From Dicyema japonicum (lineage: Eukaryota > Animalia > Dicyemida), in NCBI GenBank assembly GCA_011109175.1, contig RDEW01000027.1, forward strand, positions 1-64,000: a stretch of 64,000 bases of DNA. The letters are read 5' to 3'. Below the pieces are notes generated by a model. That model was not told the origin of the DNA and searched no databases. It saw only the letters and a list, made by a program, of their open reading frames with translations. The position numbers and the translations under genes are program-made. Numbering within the stretch: position 1 is the stretch's first letter; each line of letters begins with the position of its first letter. This document shows, piece by piece, positions 36,856 through 49,327 of the stretch.

Positions 36856-37553
36856 TTATCTAGTAAATTGAGAAGAATAGGAAAAGAGAAGGTCATACAA
36901 TCTATTGTACGCAACATCAAAGTCATCATTAACAATGAAAGAATCAAATAGATCCTTATTGGACTCAACTGCAATTAAAAATGTTACCAAACTCATTTTT
37001 AAGTCATTTTCTGCTGCCTTCATCCGATTCTCTATACTCTCCTTACTTTCTGTCCCTCTCATTACCAGACGTTCCCTCTAGTGATGTGATACTTCTTAGT
37101 TACAAGAATTTTAAGATTTGGAGGAATTATGAGAATATATTTGCATGGGAAGTTTTCAAGTTGCCTTAATGAACGGACTCCGTTAAGTTCAACGTCTAAA
37201 ATGCACGTTTTTCCTGAATCATGCACTTTCTTGATCGCATTTCGACTGAAATGGTATAAAAATCTTGCCTTGTCCCGTAAAAATAACCGGAAAATTCGGC
37301 TGTCTCTACAAACCGGTTTTCCGCAATCATTCCTTCTATCGTTTTTTTGTTAGTAAAATTGTAGTCTCGAATTAAAATTTTATTACCTATTCCGTCAATT
37401 TCTCCTTTTCTTGGGTTTCTTGTTGTGTCTAGATATCGCCAAAAGAGTACGTGAGACGCTGAATGCGAATAAATCTCCGTTTTTGCTTAGAAATTTTGAC
37501 AGAAGAGTACTTTTTCCACTCCCAGAAGGACCACTGACTACAATTGACAACAT
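36856..37553 (-). CDS. GUK1: Guanylate kinase
   Basis: [11 protein letters not shown]-loop, [44 protein letters not shown]. Five 22-26 nt introns including a GC-AG at 37246-37268. One missing A in a homopolymer near 37350. Confidence 0.92.
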
Positions 37554-37879
37554 TTACGAATACGCACTGCACTGATTTAAGGATCACAATCAATCAGAGT
37601 TAACGAAGATATGAAATGAAGTAAATTAGTAAACGTCACACGATTTCGCAATATTTTGTCAAATGCTAAGCACCTCTACATATCATCGGATTTTTAAAAT
37701 TAGTTGTAATGCGTTAACGAAGATATGAAATGAAGTAAATTAGTAAACGTCACACGATTTCGGAATATTTTGTCAAATGCTAAGCACCTCTACATATCAT
37801 CGGATTTTTAAAATTAGTTGTAATGTGATCGCAGAAGCAGAGACCTTCCAATATCACAAGAATTCACCCAGAACCAATA

Positions 37880-38070
37880 GAAAGGGAATAAAAAGTTCAG
37901 TTCTCGGATCTGTGAAAACTCTTCCAGTGATGTAGAAATAGTAAATGATCCCTTTCCCCGGCAATCTGCCATCGAGCGCCATCTGAGACGAATGGATTAT
38001 ATTATGCCACTCTTGTAGAACAAGGAGAAGGAACAAAGATGATTGGAATCAGTTCGAAGCACATGGTTAG
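37880..38070 (-). mobile_element. SINE-like family S1, diverged copy 3
   Basis: aaactcttccagtg...aaatgatccc...gcgccatctgag...gccactct aligns to 12420-12545. Confidence 0.55.
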
Positions 38071-38399
38071 GGTTATTTGATATAATTTTCATAATTTTTA
38101 CTCCACGATGCTGTCAGGGTTGTTCCAAATAGAATAGACTTTAATAAAAATCGGAGTGAATCTGAAAAGAATGATGTTAAACCAGATGAACTCAACATGT
38201 CCAAGATATAAAAATCTAAAATTATGAAAAATAGCTAGTACTAATAACTTTTAATTAGTTCCGCAGTTAAACCAGATAAGGTCAACATGTCCAAGATATA
38301 AAAATCTAAAATTATGAAAAATAGCTAGTACTAATAACTTTTAATTAGTTCCGCAGCAATAACTGCTTAAGATTTGAAATTAATGAGTACCACGACACC

Positions 38400-38600
38400 G
38401 AGGACCAGTTCGTTTTCAAGCCAATCTCCATTGAAACGTCTGAAATTGTTGGCCCCAGCACGTCTGAGTTTTACAGGTTAATCGGACGGCTTGCAGGGAA
38501 GCGGAGTGGTGAACTTAGAATGACGCGATTGTTTTTCCAGAACATTGGACTTGCAATAACTCCCATTGCGTGATCAATACCTGCAGGCCAAAGTAAATAA
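38400..38600 (+). mobile_element. CRE-clade 3-prime fragment
   Basis: FKPISIETS..VGP...FQNIGLAI; similar to 3940-4090. Confidence 0.6.
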
Positions 38601-38904
38601 CTTAAAGCTAAATTTGTACATTTTATGTCCCATATAAACTGTATTTAGTGCAGAAAGGTTTCATATACGATCAGGCAGCTTTCTATAAGGCAATGGAGTG
38701 GTTAGTGCTATTGCTCTTGTAGCTGTGAATTTAATTTCCACATCGCTACTTACCTAATCAATAGATTCCTTTCTGTTGTATGCCTTTTTACAGCTTTCTA
38801 TAAGGCAATGGAGTGGTTAGTGCTATTGCTCGTGTAGCTGTGGGTTTAATTTCCACATCGCTACTTACCTAATCGATAGATTCCTTTCTGTTGTATGCCT
38901 TTTT

Positions 38905-39140
38905 AAATTTAAGAGGCGTCATAGGATCTACCTAACTCAGAAGACACCGAAATCCAAAAGATCCGTCTCTTTCTCTTTCTAGTGGAAAAGTTTCCCACAA
39001 TGGGGGATATTAATGGAAGTGATATTTGGAAAGGATGCATATCTCTGTGACTATAGGAACTGGGTATATCCTAATTGTATGTTGATAAATTCTTAACTTT
39101 TCCGAGTATAACCGGGGTTTTTAAATAAATAAAAATAAAT
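38905..39140 (+). mobile_element. SINE-like family S1, diverged copy 4
   Basis: ggcgtcataggatctacct...gatcc...ctagtggaaaagtttcccacaa...ccggggtttttt plus an (aaat)n tail. Confidence 0.55.
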
Positions 39141-39199
39141 AAACTATATTTACTAGAGAGCTTTCAAATTTATTTCAAATTTTTTTTCTTTTGAAAAGT

Positions 39200-39540
39200 G
39201 CACATATTCTTTTATTCTCATGCGCGTATAGCAAAAGTAATATTTTTTGCGGAACTACACTAGAAATTTATAAAATTGAATTTTACAATTTCTTCAGTGT
39301 CTTCCAACAAGGAATTCTTTACTTTTTTGCGATAAAATCCTCGAAAGGAGTTTGTCTGAGCAAAAAAGTGAGAAAACCTTTGTAGAGCCCTCGTGACTTT
39401 TAATTGACAGTCATCGATCTGCTTTAGATTTTTGGATAGATTTTTACCCCATACAACACAGCCACTTTTTTGGTGCATGAAGTAAGTTGGTTGGTCGGAT
39501 CTGCAAATGAGGCACAAGAGAAATATTAATGATTAGTATT
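39200..39540 (-). CDS. Possible small hypothetical gene
   Basis: Candidate micro-introns join AVLYG/QIDDCQLKVTRALQR/QTPFEDFIAKK; no family recognised. Confidence 0.25.
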
Positions 39541-39959
39541 TTTGAACAAGGCATTTAATAATTATAATGCAGCACATAGCTGGTAGTCGGTTGTGTGAAT
39601 CGCGCCTAGAGTCATCTTAATGTTATAAAATTTTTGTTCAATCCAGCACATGCAGTCTCATGAACTTGACGTGGTCGAAACGTTTAAAAAGGTTACAGGC
39701 AGGATTTGATAAATGATGGTTGATTTGCATTTAAGATGGTGCCCTCATCACCTCATTAATAAATTGGAGTTAAATTTTCCGGATTTACTAAGTTTCTACT
39801 ATCAGCTTCTGAGAGTTGTCAGACATTCCAGTTTTTAAGAGAAGCCCACGACTTTCTGTTCATACCTCTAGTTACTTCGAAGACAATTGGGTAGAACGTG
39901 AACCTGACCAGGAGCCCTTCTTATATCTTATCGAGGGTCTTCTCTGCCTTTTTTTCGCC

Positions 39960-40265
39960 AGCTAACGAGTAAAAATTGCGCAATGTCATAAATGCAGGAC
40001 AAATCCAAATGTTCCCCGGTTCGAATCTCGCAGCTGTTGTATTCCGGGTGAAGACTCAACACATCTACGGTGCTTCTTGGGTTGACAAGTGATGCCGTCA
40101 TCAGTGTTACCTCAGTGAAAAGCCAGATCGTCTACAGGGACCCATTCGCAACGAAAACAAAGTTAAGAACATGCCCCCCTTTAACGATAGATACCATAAC
40201 TGTTCTTTACTCCAAAAATAAAGTGTGGCATGCCCGTGCAGAGCTATAAGTATTATGACTTTCTT
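39960..40265 (+). mobile_element. tRNA-derived SINE family S2, copy 1
   Basis: B box ggttcgaatc; body (catctacg.tgct, gtga.gccgtcatcag, ggaccca, taactgttctttact, gcagagctataa) shared with 45973-46270. Confidence 0.65.
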
Positions 40266-40546
40266 GAAGGTGCTGTGTTTTTTATAACTTTTTTTCGGCG
40301 CTGCCGATAATGCTGTTTGGAGAGGAGTGGATTCTTCAGATCCTAATTTAGTCGTTCGAATTGCATGCTAGTTAATTACAAGCAATTAAATATAAATTAA
40401 CAATTCATAGAACAAATCAGCAATTATTAGATCATACATGGAGTCTTAATGTACGTTAGGAAATAANTTAGTCGTTCGAATTGCATGCTAGTTAATTACA
40501 AGCAATTAAATATAAATTAACAATTCATAGAACAAGTCAGCAATTA

Positions 40547-41288
40547 TTAGATCATACATGGAGTCTTAATGTACGTTAGGAAATAATCATTCATTCTCGC
40601 TCTCCGGAAAATTAAGATGAGGTCAGTTATCCACAAAAGCGTATTTAGGTAGCAAAATGCCTGAAATAAAAAGATGATTACTTCAGAGACTAAAATATGA
40701 GTAACGTCGATTGGAATGATCATTTCACATTTGTGGTCCACAACTTGACAAAAATTTATATGGTCAACTCGCAAGGTCTTCTTTATATTGATGACTTGAT
40801 TACTCCAAAGAATGCATGCCAGAATCCATAGAATTACCATAAATGAGGAGATGAACACATTCTACAATTTTATAAATTATTTTAACTATTTTTTTCTTGC
40901 AAAAAACGTGGTAAATATCTGAGAATACGAGTAATATGGTAAACAGGGAGATGCATGATAATAGACTGAGAATACAAACGAACATGAAGTAGTATGATGC
41001 TGATGAATCGACCTTCTCAAACTTGAGCAGTTCGCTTATTCCACTGCAATCTACTCTAGAATGAAATCCAATTCTAAATGAATATTCGGACAAACTGATA
41101 TGGAAATTTGAAGTCAAATTTGTAAATTTGGGGAATCCCATCCGCGCATTTGAGTTCTATGATGAGTACTTTATTATTTGATAACTCCAAAATGAGTGCA
41201 GTCAAGGCAAAAAGCTTATTTTAACAAATAAATCAACCGCGATGACAAGCTGAATAATAAACTGGTGGGTGAAAATGTTATGTATCAT
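40547..41288 (-). CDS. SYP: Synaptophysin/synaptoporin-like MARVEL protein
   Basis: Four introns (23, 22, 25, 21 nt) give QLVIALFALTA...LKCADG...FKFPYQ...DSSASYYF...ILWSNQVINIK...FCYLNTLLW, colinear with synaptophysin TM1-TM4. Confidence 0.8.
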
Positions 41289-41419
41289 TTATAATTTAAA
41301 TTTTTTAAATTTTATTATATCGTCTTCAAATTAAAATTTATTGTTATTTAACCAAAAAAATAATTTTCTGATTTATATCTCAAATATTTTCCTAACTAAT
41401 TTATATGATAATTGATTTA

Positions 41420-41570
41420 TTAAGACAACCTCCAAAAGAGTTCTCATGGAAGATACTTCTTTTAAGTCCGAGCATGCGAAGACTGTTGAAGGAGGTCGGG
41501 ATCACCTGAATTTTTTCATTCTCGATATGACGGTGTTTTCTGGTTCAATGAATTTAAATTTAATTTAATG
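41420..41570 (+). mobile_element. LINE-D short 3-prime end
   Basis: MRRLLKEVGIT-stop plus hairpin; similar short ends at 51670-51760 and 52930-53030. Confidence 0.65.
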
Positions 41571-41769
41571 ATGCATGGGTACTTGGATTCATGATGGATG
41601 AAAATCTTTATCTTCCTTCGAAGTGACGGACTAAAGATACATTAGAAACTCGAAGTTCTGAACAAAGTAAATGCTTGGAACCCTTTGTCGAAATAGAAAA
41701 CACGAGATTTTAACCAGGAACCATCTGAATTTGATCAAGCACGTAATACAGTGAGCTACGATTTTTTTA

Positions 41770-42225
41770 TTATTAACCCCGGATACACCTAGAAAAAAGT
41801 TAACAGTGAACAATTAATTAAGTGTATCCTGTTTCCACTGTTACAGAAACAGAGTCCTTAAATATTACACAAGTCCATACAAAACTACGATAAAAGGTAA
41901 AAGACCCCCATTCCTTGCAGTTGTGGAGACTCCTCCAGTGGAGTGGAGGAGACCAAATAATCCTTTTTCGTCCCGGTCTGGCACTGGGCGCAACCCTACG
42001 ATAAAAGGTAAAAGACCCCCATTCCTTGCAGTTGTGGAGACTCCTCCAGTGGAGTGGAGGAGACCAAATAATCCTTTTTCGTCCCGGTCTGGCACTGGGC
42101 GCAACCTGAAACTGGTCGATCACATGACACCATTCTAGTAAAAAAGGGAAGAGGGGAAACAGACAAAACAAACAAAAATCTTCTACAAATTAGCCACAAG
42201 CACCACATGGCTGAAAAAATCAAAG
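41770..42225 (-). mobile_element. SINE-like family S1, copy 5 (internal 111-bp duplication)
   Basis: Aligns to 12310-12605; 8-bp terminal stem ggatacac/gtgtatcc. Confidence 0.65.
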
Positions 42226-42319
42226 TCTGGATTTTTTCCTGCACTTAATAAACTTGCCAGGGTTTGGGTTATCCCCCAATTAATTTATTTTTATTATTAA
42301 AATAATGCTAGTATATCAT

Positions 42320-42845
42320 TTAATTTAATAACACTGAAGGCAAACAATGAAGCTATTCCTTTCAGAAAATCCCAAAGGATCCTTGGAGTGACTTTTGACA
42401 TACATATGTCATTCTCGCACCATGTTGAAAACTTTATTACGAAATGCGATAGAAAACTAATGTTTTGAAATGCATCACATGCTTCTGAAAAATCGAAAAG
42501 CATTCTGTTTTGTATACTGTATATAAACAATTAATTAAACCATGCATCTCTTAATCCTGTGGTATATGGGACTCATTCATCTCTTAGACGAATATCTTGA
42601 ATACCGAGACTAGCCAGAAAAGAGCCTCCAAAATCACGGAACACAGGATTTCTAAAAAGTTCCAGCTACCAATGCTTCCTGAAGCCTTGATACGAAAGAA
42701 CAATGGAACGCGCCGTCGTGACTGCGAAGGTCCAGTCACTCGACCGATACGTGCTTGTTTGGAGACGAGGAAGGAGCATTCGGGATCACGTGAATATTTA
42801 GTTTGTGTAACCGTGGTCTATGGTGTTATTATTAACACAAAAACT
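42320..42845 (+). mobile_element. LINE-D 3-prime fragment
   Basis: ILGVTFD...HV; RPIRACLETRKEH; ggatcacg/cgtggtct stem. Confidence 0.7.
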
Positions 42846-42849
42846 TACA

Positions 42850-44220
42850 GTTAGCAAATGCTGGCTGCTCTCATAATTGAGAACGCATTTCCCTTTACGA
42901 TTTTCAAGGAAATGCGCTCAATGAGCCAGCTCCTTTCGCTACTATCGTTTTTATTCTTCGCGATGAGCGAGCCGATTCTGTTTAGAAGGGCAGTGACCTG
43001 CTTCCAATTATTCATGTGTTTTCGACTGCCACTGGTTCGAAAATAAATTATCCTCCAAGACATGCGTATTTTTTTATCTTCAGGGTCTCAGCCTTCTCCG
43101 AAACTGAGCCTGAGTTAGTTGCTGTCGTTGAGAGGTTAGTGGGAGAGAGGCTATCAACACAGGTGGCGTCCCAGGCGTGAAGACCTTTCGCGTTGACCGT
43201 TCCACCACATCTACACCGATGGGTCTTGATAACGTCCATTCCGAGGCGGACAAAAACCCCAATCCTCGTCGCGTTGTCATCCAATAGTGTCCCAAGTGAG
43301 GTACATGGTAATGCTCTGAGCCAGGCTCCACTCTCGTTCGTCGATGCAGAAGCCAGACAAGCCAGACGATGCTGTTCAAGCACAGGTTTTATCTCTTCTA
43401 TGATCTTTGAGCATAAAAGCTTGTTCCATTCTCGTTGTTTATTAGCGTTCTTCGGAAATCAAACACCCAGTCGCGTCTAGACTTCCTGAGCCATGCATAC
43501 CACTAGTTCAACGTCCGATCCGTTAATGTAGCGTATGATCTGGCACGGCTGAAGTCTTCCTTTCAGCAAGCAATGTTTTTAATTTCATATTTATACGAAT
43601 TCGGTTCCAACCCTAGTGCCGCAAGTGCAGAGATGGCGGACTCGACTTCCGATTCGACTTGGAGTTCGCATCGTCGATGTTGCACAGTCGATACCCAAAG
43701 TTAAGAGCAGGGGGCCAAGAGGGTCACCTTGTTGAACTCCGGTCTTGGATTTGACAATTTGTTGCCCGAATATTAAGGTACATAAGTGCAGAGATGGCGG
43801 ACTCGACTTCCGATTCGACTTGGAGTTCACATCGTCGATGTTGCACAGTCGATACCCAAAGTTAAGAGCAGGGGGCCAAGAGGGTCACCTTGTTGAACTC
43901 CGGTCTTGGATTTGACAATTTGTTGCCCGAATATTAAGGTACATGGGGAGCCGTATGCAAATTTCACCGTTCTGCTGATATCCGGTATCCTTGAGATGTA
44001 TGCTTTATGATTCTATCTCTGCGGATGTCCAGTTTGACTATTATAGCATTCGTAGTGTCTGGCGGACTGGTAGCGAAGTTCTTGATTGAGTGGACTACTG
44101 CCTCGCATCCATGAAGACTTCCATCCCATAGTTAAGTAGGGTTCAGTTGGGGACTTATAGTCTTGCTCGCTGCTCTGGAAGCAAGGCTTCTGAATACGTT
44201 GCCTATAGCGATGATCAGGA
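42850..44220 (-). mobile_element. CRE-clade retrotransposon remnant
   Basis: GVQQGDPLGPLL, ESGAWLRALP...GTLLDDNATRIGV..RLG, CRCG, WDATC, WLIERISLKIVKGNA. Confidence 0.85.
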
Positions 44221-44348
44221 AGGCAATTAGTATTGATAAAATTTTGTAAGATATATTAATATTATGGAAATGATAAACGATTGATAACAAATTAAAATTA
44301 TTATAATTGATGACAAAGTAATAAAATTCTTAAAGATATATTAATACT

Positions 44349-45182
44349 ATGGAAATGATAAACGATTCATCACCACCTCGTATTGAAATTGACGAAGACT
44401 TTACACAAAATGAAAATTTGGAAACAAATACAAATGAAACTTCTTCGGTAAATACAACATTGAGTATTACAAATAACTTATATTGAGGCTCAGCTCAATT
44501 CGAAGACCAAAGTGAAGAAGTTTTGACAGGCTGGGAAAAGTGGTACTTAAAAAAACAAAAAGAAGCCGAAAAACTCAAACTTAAACAGCGCAAACAGAAG
44601 GAGAAAGAAGAAAATAACAGATTACAAGAGGAAAAGCTACGAAAAGAATCCGAAATTAAAAATAAAATGAAAATTTTGTACTTTTAATTTAAAACTGCAG
44701 AGAGTGGTGGCAGTCAAAAAATGAACATACATTGGCTAAGGAGTTAGTGGAACAACAACGAAAAAAAATAGAACAGAATTTGCTAGAGGCTGACATAGAA
44801 GAGCGACGAATTAAAAATAGGCAAAAATACGGACAATGGATGAACAAGAAAAAATTGGAAAGAAAGCAAATTCAAATTGAAAATGATTTTAAAAATTTAA
44901 AAATTGAAGAAAATAAGTTTACTTTCTTAGTATTTTGAAGAAATCAGCGAAAACAGAAAAATGAGTTGGCATATAATGAATGGCTCAAAAAACACCCAAA
45001 AGTTCCCTCAAATCACGTGAATTATGCAAAAAGCAATTCTGCTGTTTTTTGTATTTTTTGATTTTATTTTATTAGGTTACTATGACAGGAACATTCAAGG
45101 TCTCCCAAATTATTATAATGATATTCCATGGAATTCAAACGTACCAGATGTTGAGAAAAAGCCAAATTCGATCAAAAAATAG
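44349..45182 (+). CDS. CCDC34: Coiled-coil domain-containing protein 34 (DUF4207)
   Basis: LTGWEKWYLKKQKE, KYGQWMNKKK, YNEWLK, GYY...NYYNDIPW match the CCDC34 pattern; short GT-AG introns join the frames. Confidence 0.8.
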
Positions 45183-45679
45183 AATTGAGACAATTTAAAA
45201 GATATATTAAATAAAATTGACTGTTATTCTTGAATTTAAAAATTGGTTTAAGAAATTAAAAACGAAAAATCCCAAACCATGGTAAACCAAAATAAATAAT
45301 AATGCAATCACAACACGTTGCAGTATCAGTGAACGCATGTTAAGAGAAGAGTATTGTCTCTTTGAGCGTACTAGAAACCCATGAGAACCATCAGAGCTGT
45401 TGAAGCACACGGTGCTTTGCTAAACGTCCAAGCTAGATTCATTTTAAAATAAAACCACGGTAAAATAAGAGATTACCGTTTAAATGACATTATCAATAAA
45501 GAAACGTGGATAATTGTTCGAAAATATGGGATGGAAACCATCGTTGACCAGGTAGCCTACTGTTTTTGCTGTCGCTCACGTCACTTTTAACATTGGGCTG
45601 GATTAAATAACGATTTACTTGGTAAAGGATATCTTTTCTGCTTTTGATTTTTTAAATTTTTAGAAGACTCATTGGATTT

Positions 45680-45835
45680 ACCTTACCAAGGAGATCCCTT
45701 TCTTTTATACTCCAGTGGTGAGGTTCCCATAATGGCGGATACTTTCTGGGAAAGGATACGTCTTACTTAGACCAAGGGAACTGGATAAAACCCATTTCAA
45801 ATATATCCTGGGTTAAATAAATAAAAAGCCAATTT
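45680..45835 (+). mobile_element. SINE-like family S1, 5-prime truncated copy 6
   Basis: gatcc...ctccagtgg...gttccca.aatgg...ggaaaggat...ggaactgg...atcctgggttaaataaat; closest to 38970-39140. Confidence 0.5.
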
Positions 45836-45972
45836 TTGAGGTAATTCGTCAGAGAACTGTGTCATAAAATAGTTATATTTTAGATAATGACTGTCACTTT
45901 CCCGCGATTTTAGTTAAAAAGTAAAAATATTTAATTAATTTTTTTGATTTTTTATCCACAAATATTCCACTT

Positions 45973-46270
45973 AGCTGGGTGGCGTAGTGGTTAGGTGTTG
46001 GGCTAAAATGACTTATGTTACGGGTTCGATTCTCGCTGCTGTTCACCTGGTGGAAGGTTCCACGCATCTACGATGCTAAAAAAGCTTGATGAGTGACGCC
46101 GTCATCAGCGGATACTCACTGCGGAACTGGATTGTCTAGAAAGGACCCACACACAAGAAAAAGAAAAAAAGAAGTGAAGATCATTCCTTGGTTTTACGAT
46201 TAGTTAAAATTAACTGTTCTTTACTTAAATAAAGTGTGTGTCCTGCCTATGCAGAGCTATAAATACTATG
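45973..46270 (+). mobile_element. tRNA-derived SINE family S2, copy 2
   Basis: A box tggcgtagtgg, B box ggttcgattc, no foldable anticodon or acceptor arms; body shared with 39960-40265. Confidence 0.7.
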
Positions 46271-46329
46271 TCTCTCGTGAAAAGGCTATTCTTATCATAT
46301 TCCACGTTATGATTACTGCTCATGTGGAA

Positions 46330-46660
46330 ACAACATAATCTCTTTAATCTAGTTCAAAATAATGAGGAATCTATTAATTTTTTACAAGAAAGGGTACTTT
46401 CTCGATAAAGATATTGTATATCGGTATTTTGTTAATCAACGATAGGTGGTGAATTTATGATCGTAGAATTAGACGAAAGTATATTTTCTAAACGAAAAAA
46501 TAAATGTGACGATTATTTACCCAACAATGGACTTTTGGTGTAATTTGCAGGGAATCTAAAGAATGTTAGAGATTCCACATCGCACGATTGAAACACTTAA
46601 AAAAGCGATAAACGACAATGTGGTAGTCGACTCAAAACTTGTATCAAACTATTGGAATGA
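46330..46660 (+). mobile_element. Merlin/IS1016 (ISXO2-like) DDE transposase remnant
   Basis: IGGEFMIVELDESIFSKRK...WTFGVICRES...RTIETLKKAI...SNYW. Confidence 0.75.
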
Positions 46661-47150
46661 TATTCTACCAACAATCTTCAAAGGCGGAGTGTTTGACGTT
46701 GAAGTCTCCACACAGTATCAGTTTTTGTGGTTGTCTTGCTTGGATAGGTTTAGCAAGAATCCTTTTTTGGCATGAAGATGTGGGAGACGAAGATAGTTGG
46801 AATATTGAAAGCTTTAAAACCGCTTTTAATGGAAATTGAGGATATTTCTGTAGTCCCATTGTTTATTAGTAATTGTAGTTTTGCGGAGATGTCAGTAAAT
46901 CTAATGTTATCCTGATAACGATAAAGAGACCCCCCACCACAACGGTCTGGGAGGTTCAGGCGAATGCAGTGGTGTCCTGGAAAATTTAGGGTAGATGAAA
47001 ATGTAGTAAGTCTGCTTTCTTTAAGTAAAATCGGGTCAATGTTCTTTTTTGTTTATGAAAAATCATAGTTCAAAGATTCCGTTGATACTTATTTGCAAAA
47101 TTGAGAGTTGGGGCCTGGATAAAGTTATATGTCACCGGGGAGAATTATAG
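46660..47150 (-). mobile_element. LINE APE endonuclease remnant
   Basis: RCGGGLFIVIR, LILCGDFNVKH motifs. Confidence 0.7.
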
Positions 47151-47319
47151 AATCCCATTTAACCGAAGCAAATTAAGAAGGGATAGGCCTTTGTCCAAAG
47201 AGACCTTTTTTCGAATTAGGAGTAGCTAATGTTACTTTTTCGCGGTGCATTAGGTACGACATGAGCGCCTCCAAAATTTTGATAAGTGGTAAACCACATG
47301 ACGTCACTTATTTTTCTGA

Positions 47320-47620
47320 TAATTAATAAAGCCTCTGGAGCATGTTCTGCCGCTGAGAAGGCCGAGAAGATGAAACGGGAAAAGTACGCGGTCGTACCCA
47401 AGGATTTTTTGTTTGTTCCACTCTCCGTTGAGACGTCTGGTTCTCTTACGCCTGCGACGCTGGAATTCTTGAGTTGTCTAGGGAATCGGATCGCTACATG
47501 AACAGGATACCTTTGTGAGCGCTGCTGGTTATTTGAGCGAATCTTGCTCGCTATCCTGAGAGGGAATAGCCACGCAGTCAGGGCAGCAGGTATATGACCG
47601 TTTACTCTCTTTTCTTTAAT
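47320..47620 (+). mobile_element. CRE-clade 3-prime end
   Basis: AAEKAEKMKREKY, FVPLSVETSG, ERILLAILRGNSH; near-identical to 21250-21360 and 21905-22100. Confidence 0.8.
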
Positions 47621-47678
47621 TTTAAAAATCTACTTCTAAAAAAATAAATATTAGTCATAAAAATTTAAATATTTATTA

Positions 47679-49327
47679 CAGTCGGACCCCTGGAGAGGTA
47701 TTCGAGTGCTCCAAAAAGTGAAGATAACTTTAAAATATTTATTTTTGATTTATCTACATTATTTAAAAAATGAAACTGTATAATTTTGAAAGAATTCTAA
47801 ATTGTAGTCATTTATTTTGCACAACCATATCCGAAAAAAATCATTTGTCATCCATGCCTTTTTGGAAGAATATAAAATCCCATATTTTTCGCAATTAAAT
47901 CCTACAAAAAATTATTATAAAATTGTTTTAAAAAACCTTTCATACAACGAAGAGACTTAAACTTTCCTATTACGAGAGGTTTTAACTTTTCACCCTCAGA
48001 GCTGCAGCAAAGGAGAACCGTTACATTCTTTTCACATTGTTTCGTTCCGAAGCAGTTATCGGTATTTTCGACAAAAGATTTTGTTTGAATTTTTTGACTT
48101 ATAAAGCTGTTCGTCACAATCAAATATATTATTGCGACCAAATGATCGATAGTAATAATTCAAATTATCTAAGAAATCTGGTAAATTTCTTTTATCCGTA
48201 GAAGAGTTTTCCCCACTAATTGTTTTAAATAATTCATATATCTTCTTGAACCAGTCAAGCCATCCATTTGAAGTTTTGAATTGGGTAAAATTTATTTTTT
48301 GAAATGTTTTTCGCAATCCCTTTTATTGTGGTTCCAGAAACTGGAAAGTAATTTTCTCTTAAACGGCGAAAAAAACTATACATTAGGTCATCCAATAAAT
48401 AGCATTGATTTGAGGACTTTGAATTTAAAACAAATTCAGTTTCTTGATCTTGAACTGCTCCCGTATTCAGAAATGAACTAATATTTTTCTTTATTCCAAT
48501 AAATAGCATTGATTTGACGACTTTGAATTCAAAACAAATTCAGTTTCTTGATCTTGAACTGCTCCCGTATTCAGAAATGAACTAATATTTTTCTTTATTC
48601 CCGAAATGGTTGCTAACAAATACAAAATTAAAAATGGACTTTTGCAAGTTTTATATTTCTTGACAAGTTCTCTCAGATAATACATTATTTTGTAATGATT
48701 TGGCAATTTTAATTTTAGTGTCAAAACTTATTTAACAGCCATCTAATACTAACCACAATGAAAAATAATTTAAAAAGTATATTACAAATAAAATAATTGT
48801 TTAATCAAAANATCTTGAACTGATCCTGTATTCAGAAATGAACTAATATTTTTCTTTATTCCCGAAATGGTTGCTAACAAATACAAAATTAAAAATGGAT
48901 TTTTGCAAGTTTTATATTTCTTGACAAGTTCTCTCAGATAATACATTATTTTGTAATGATTTGGCAATTTTAATTTTAGTGTCAAAACTTATTTAACAGC
49001 CATCTAACAATAACCACAATGAAAAATAATTTAAAAAGTATATTACAAATAAAATAATTGTTTAATCAAAAAAGAGTCCACGGGAGGGACTCTGGTTGAG
49101 GCAGAATTTCAAAATAGAGATTATCAAAGGTAACGCCTTCGCCATTCTGTCGTCCTAGTTATTGCCTAAATTTCATTATTAAATTAAAAAAAATAAATAA
49201 ATTAAATAAATTTTGATGTCCAAAGCGGGATCATTAAATTTGCCCATAAATTCAAAAATTGGTAGGAAATTCGTCATCAGAAAAAATGCCCCAAAATGCG
49301 GGTGTGCCCCAAACCGGGGTCCAACTG
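47679..49327 (-). mobile_element. pogo/Tigger (Tc1-mariner superfamily) DNA transposon with both ends
   Basis: TIRs cagtcggacccc (from 47679) and ggggtccaactg (to 49327), each flanked by TA. CENPB-type HTH (FKTSNGWLDWFK) and DDE_1 (NIFDCDE, VTVLLCCSSEGEKLKPLVIGK) fragments. Partly duplicated around the N at 48811. Confidence 0.85.

Noticed and set aside
45207-45620. Possible small membrane protein gene on the minus strand
   Set aside because: No consistent spliced model or family match could be built.
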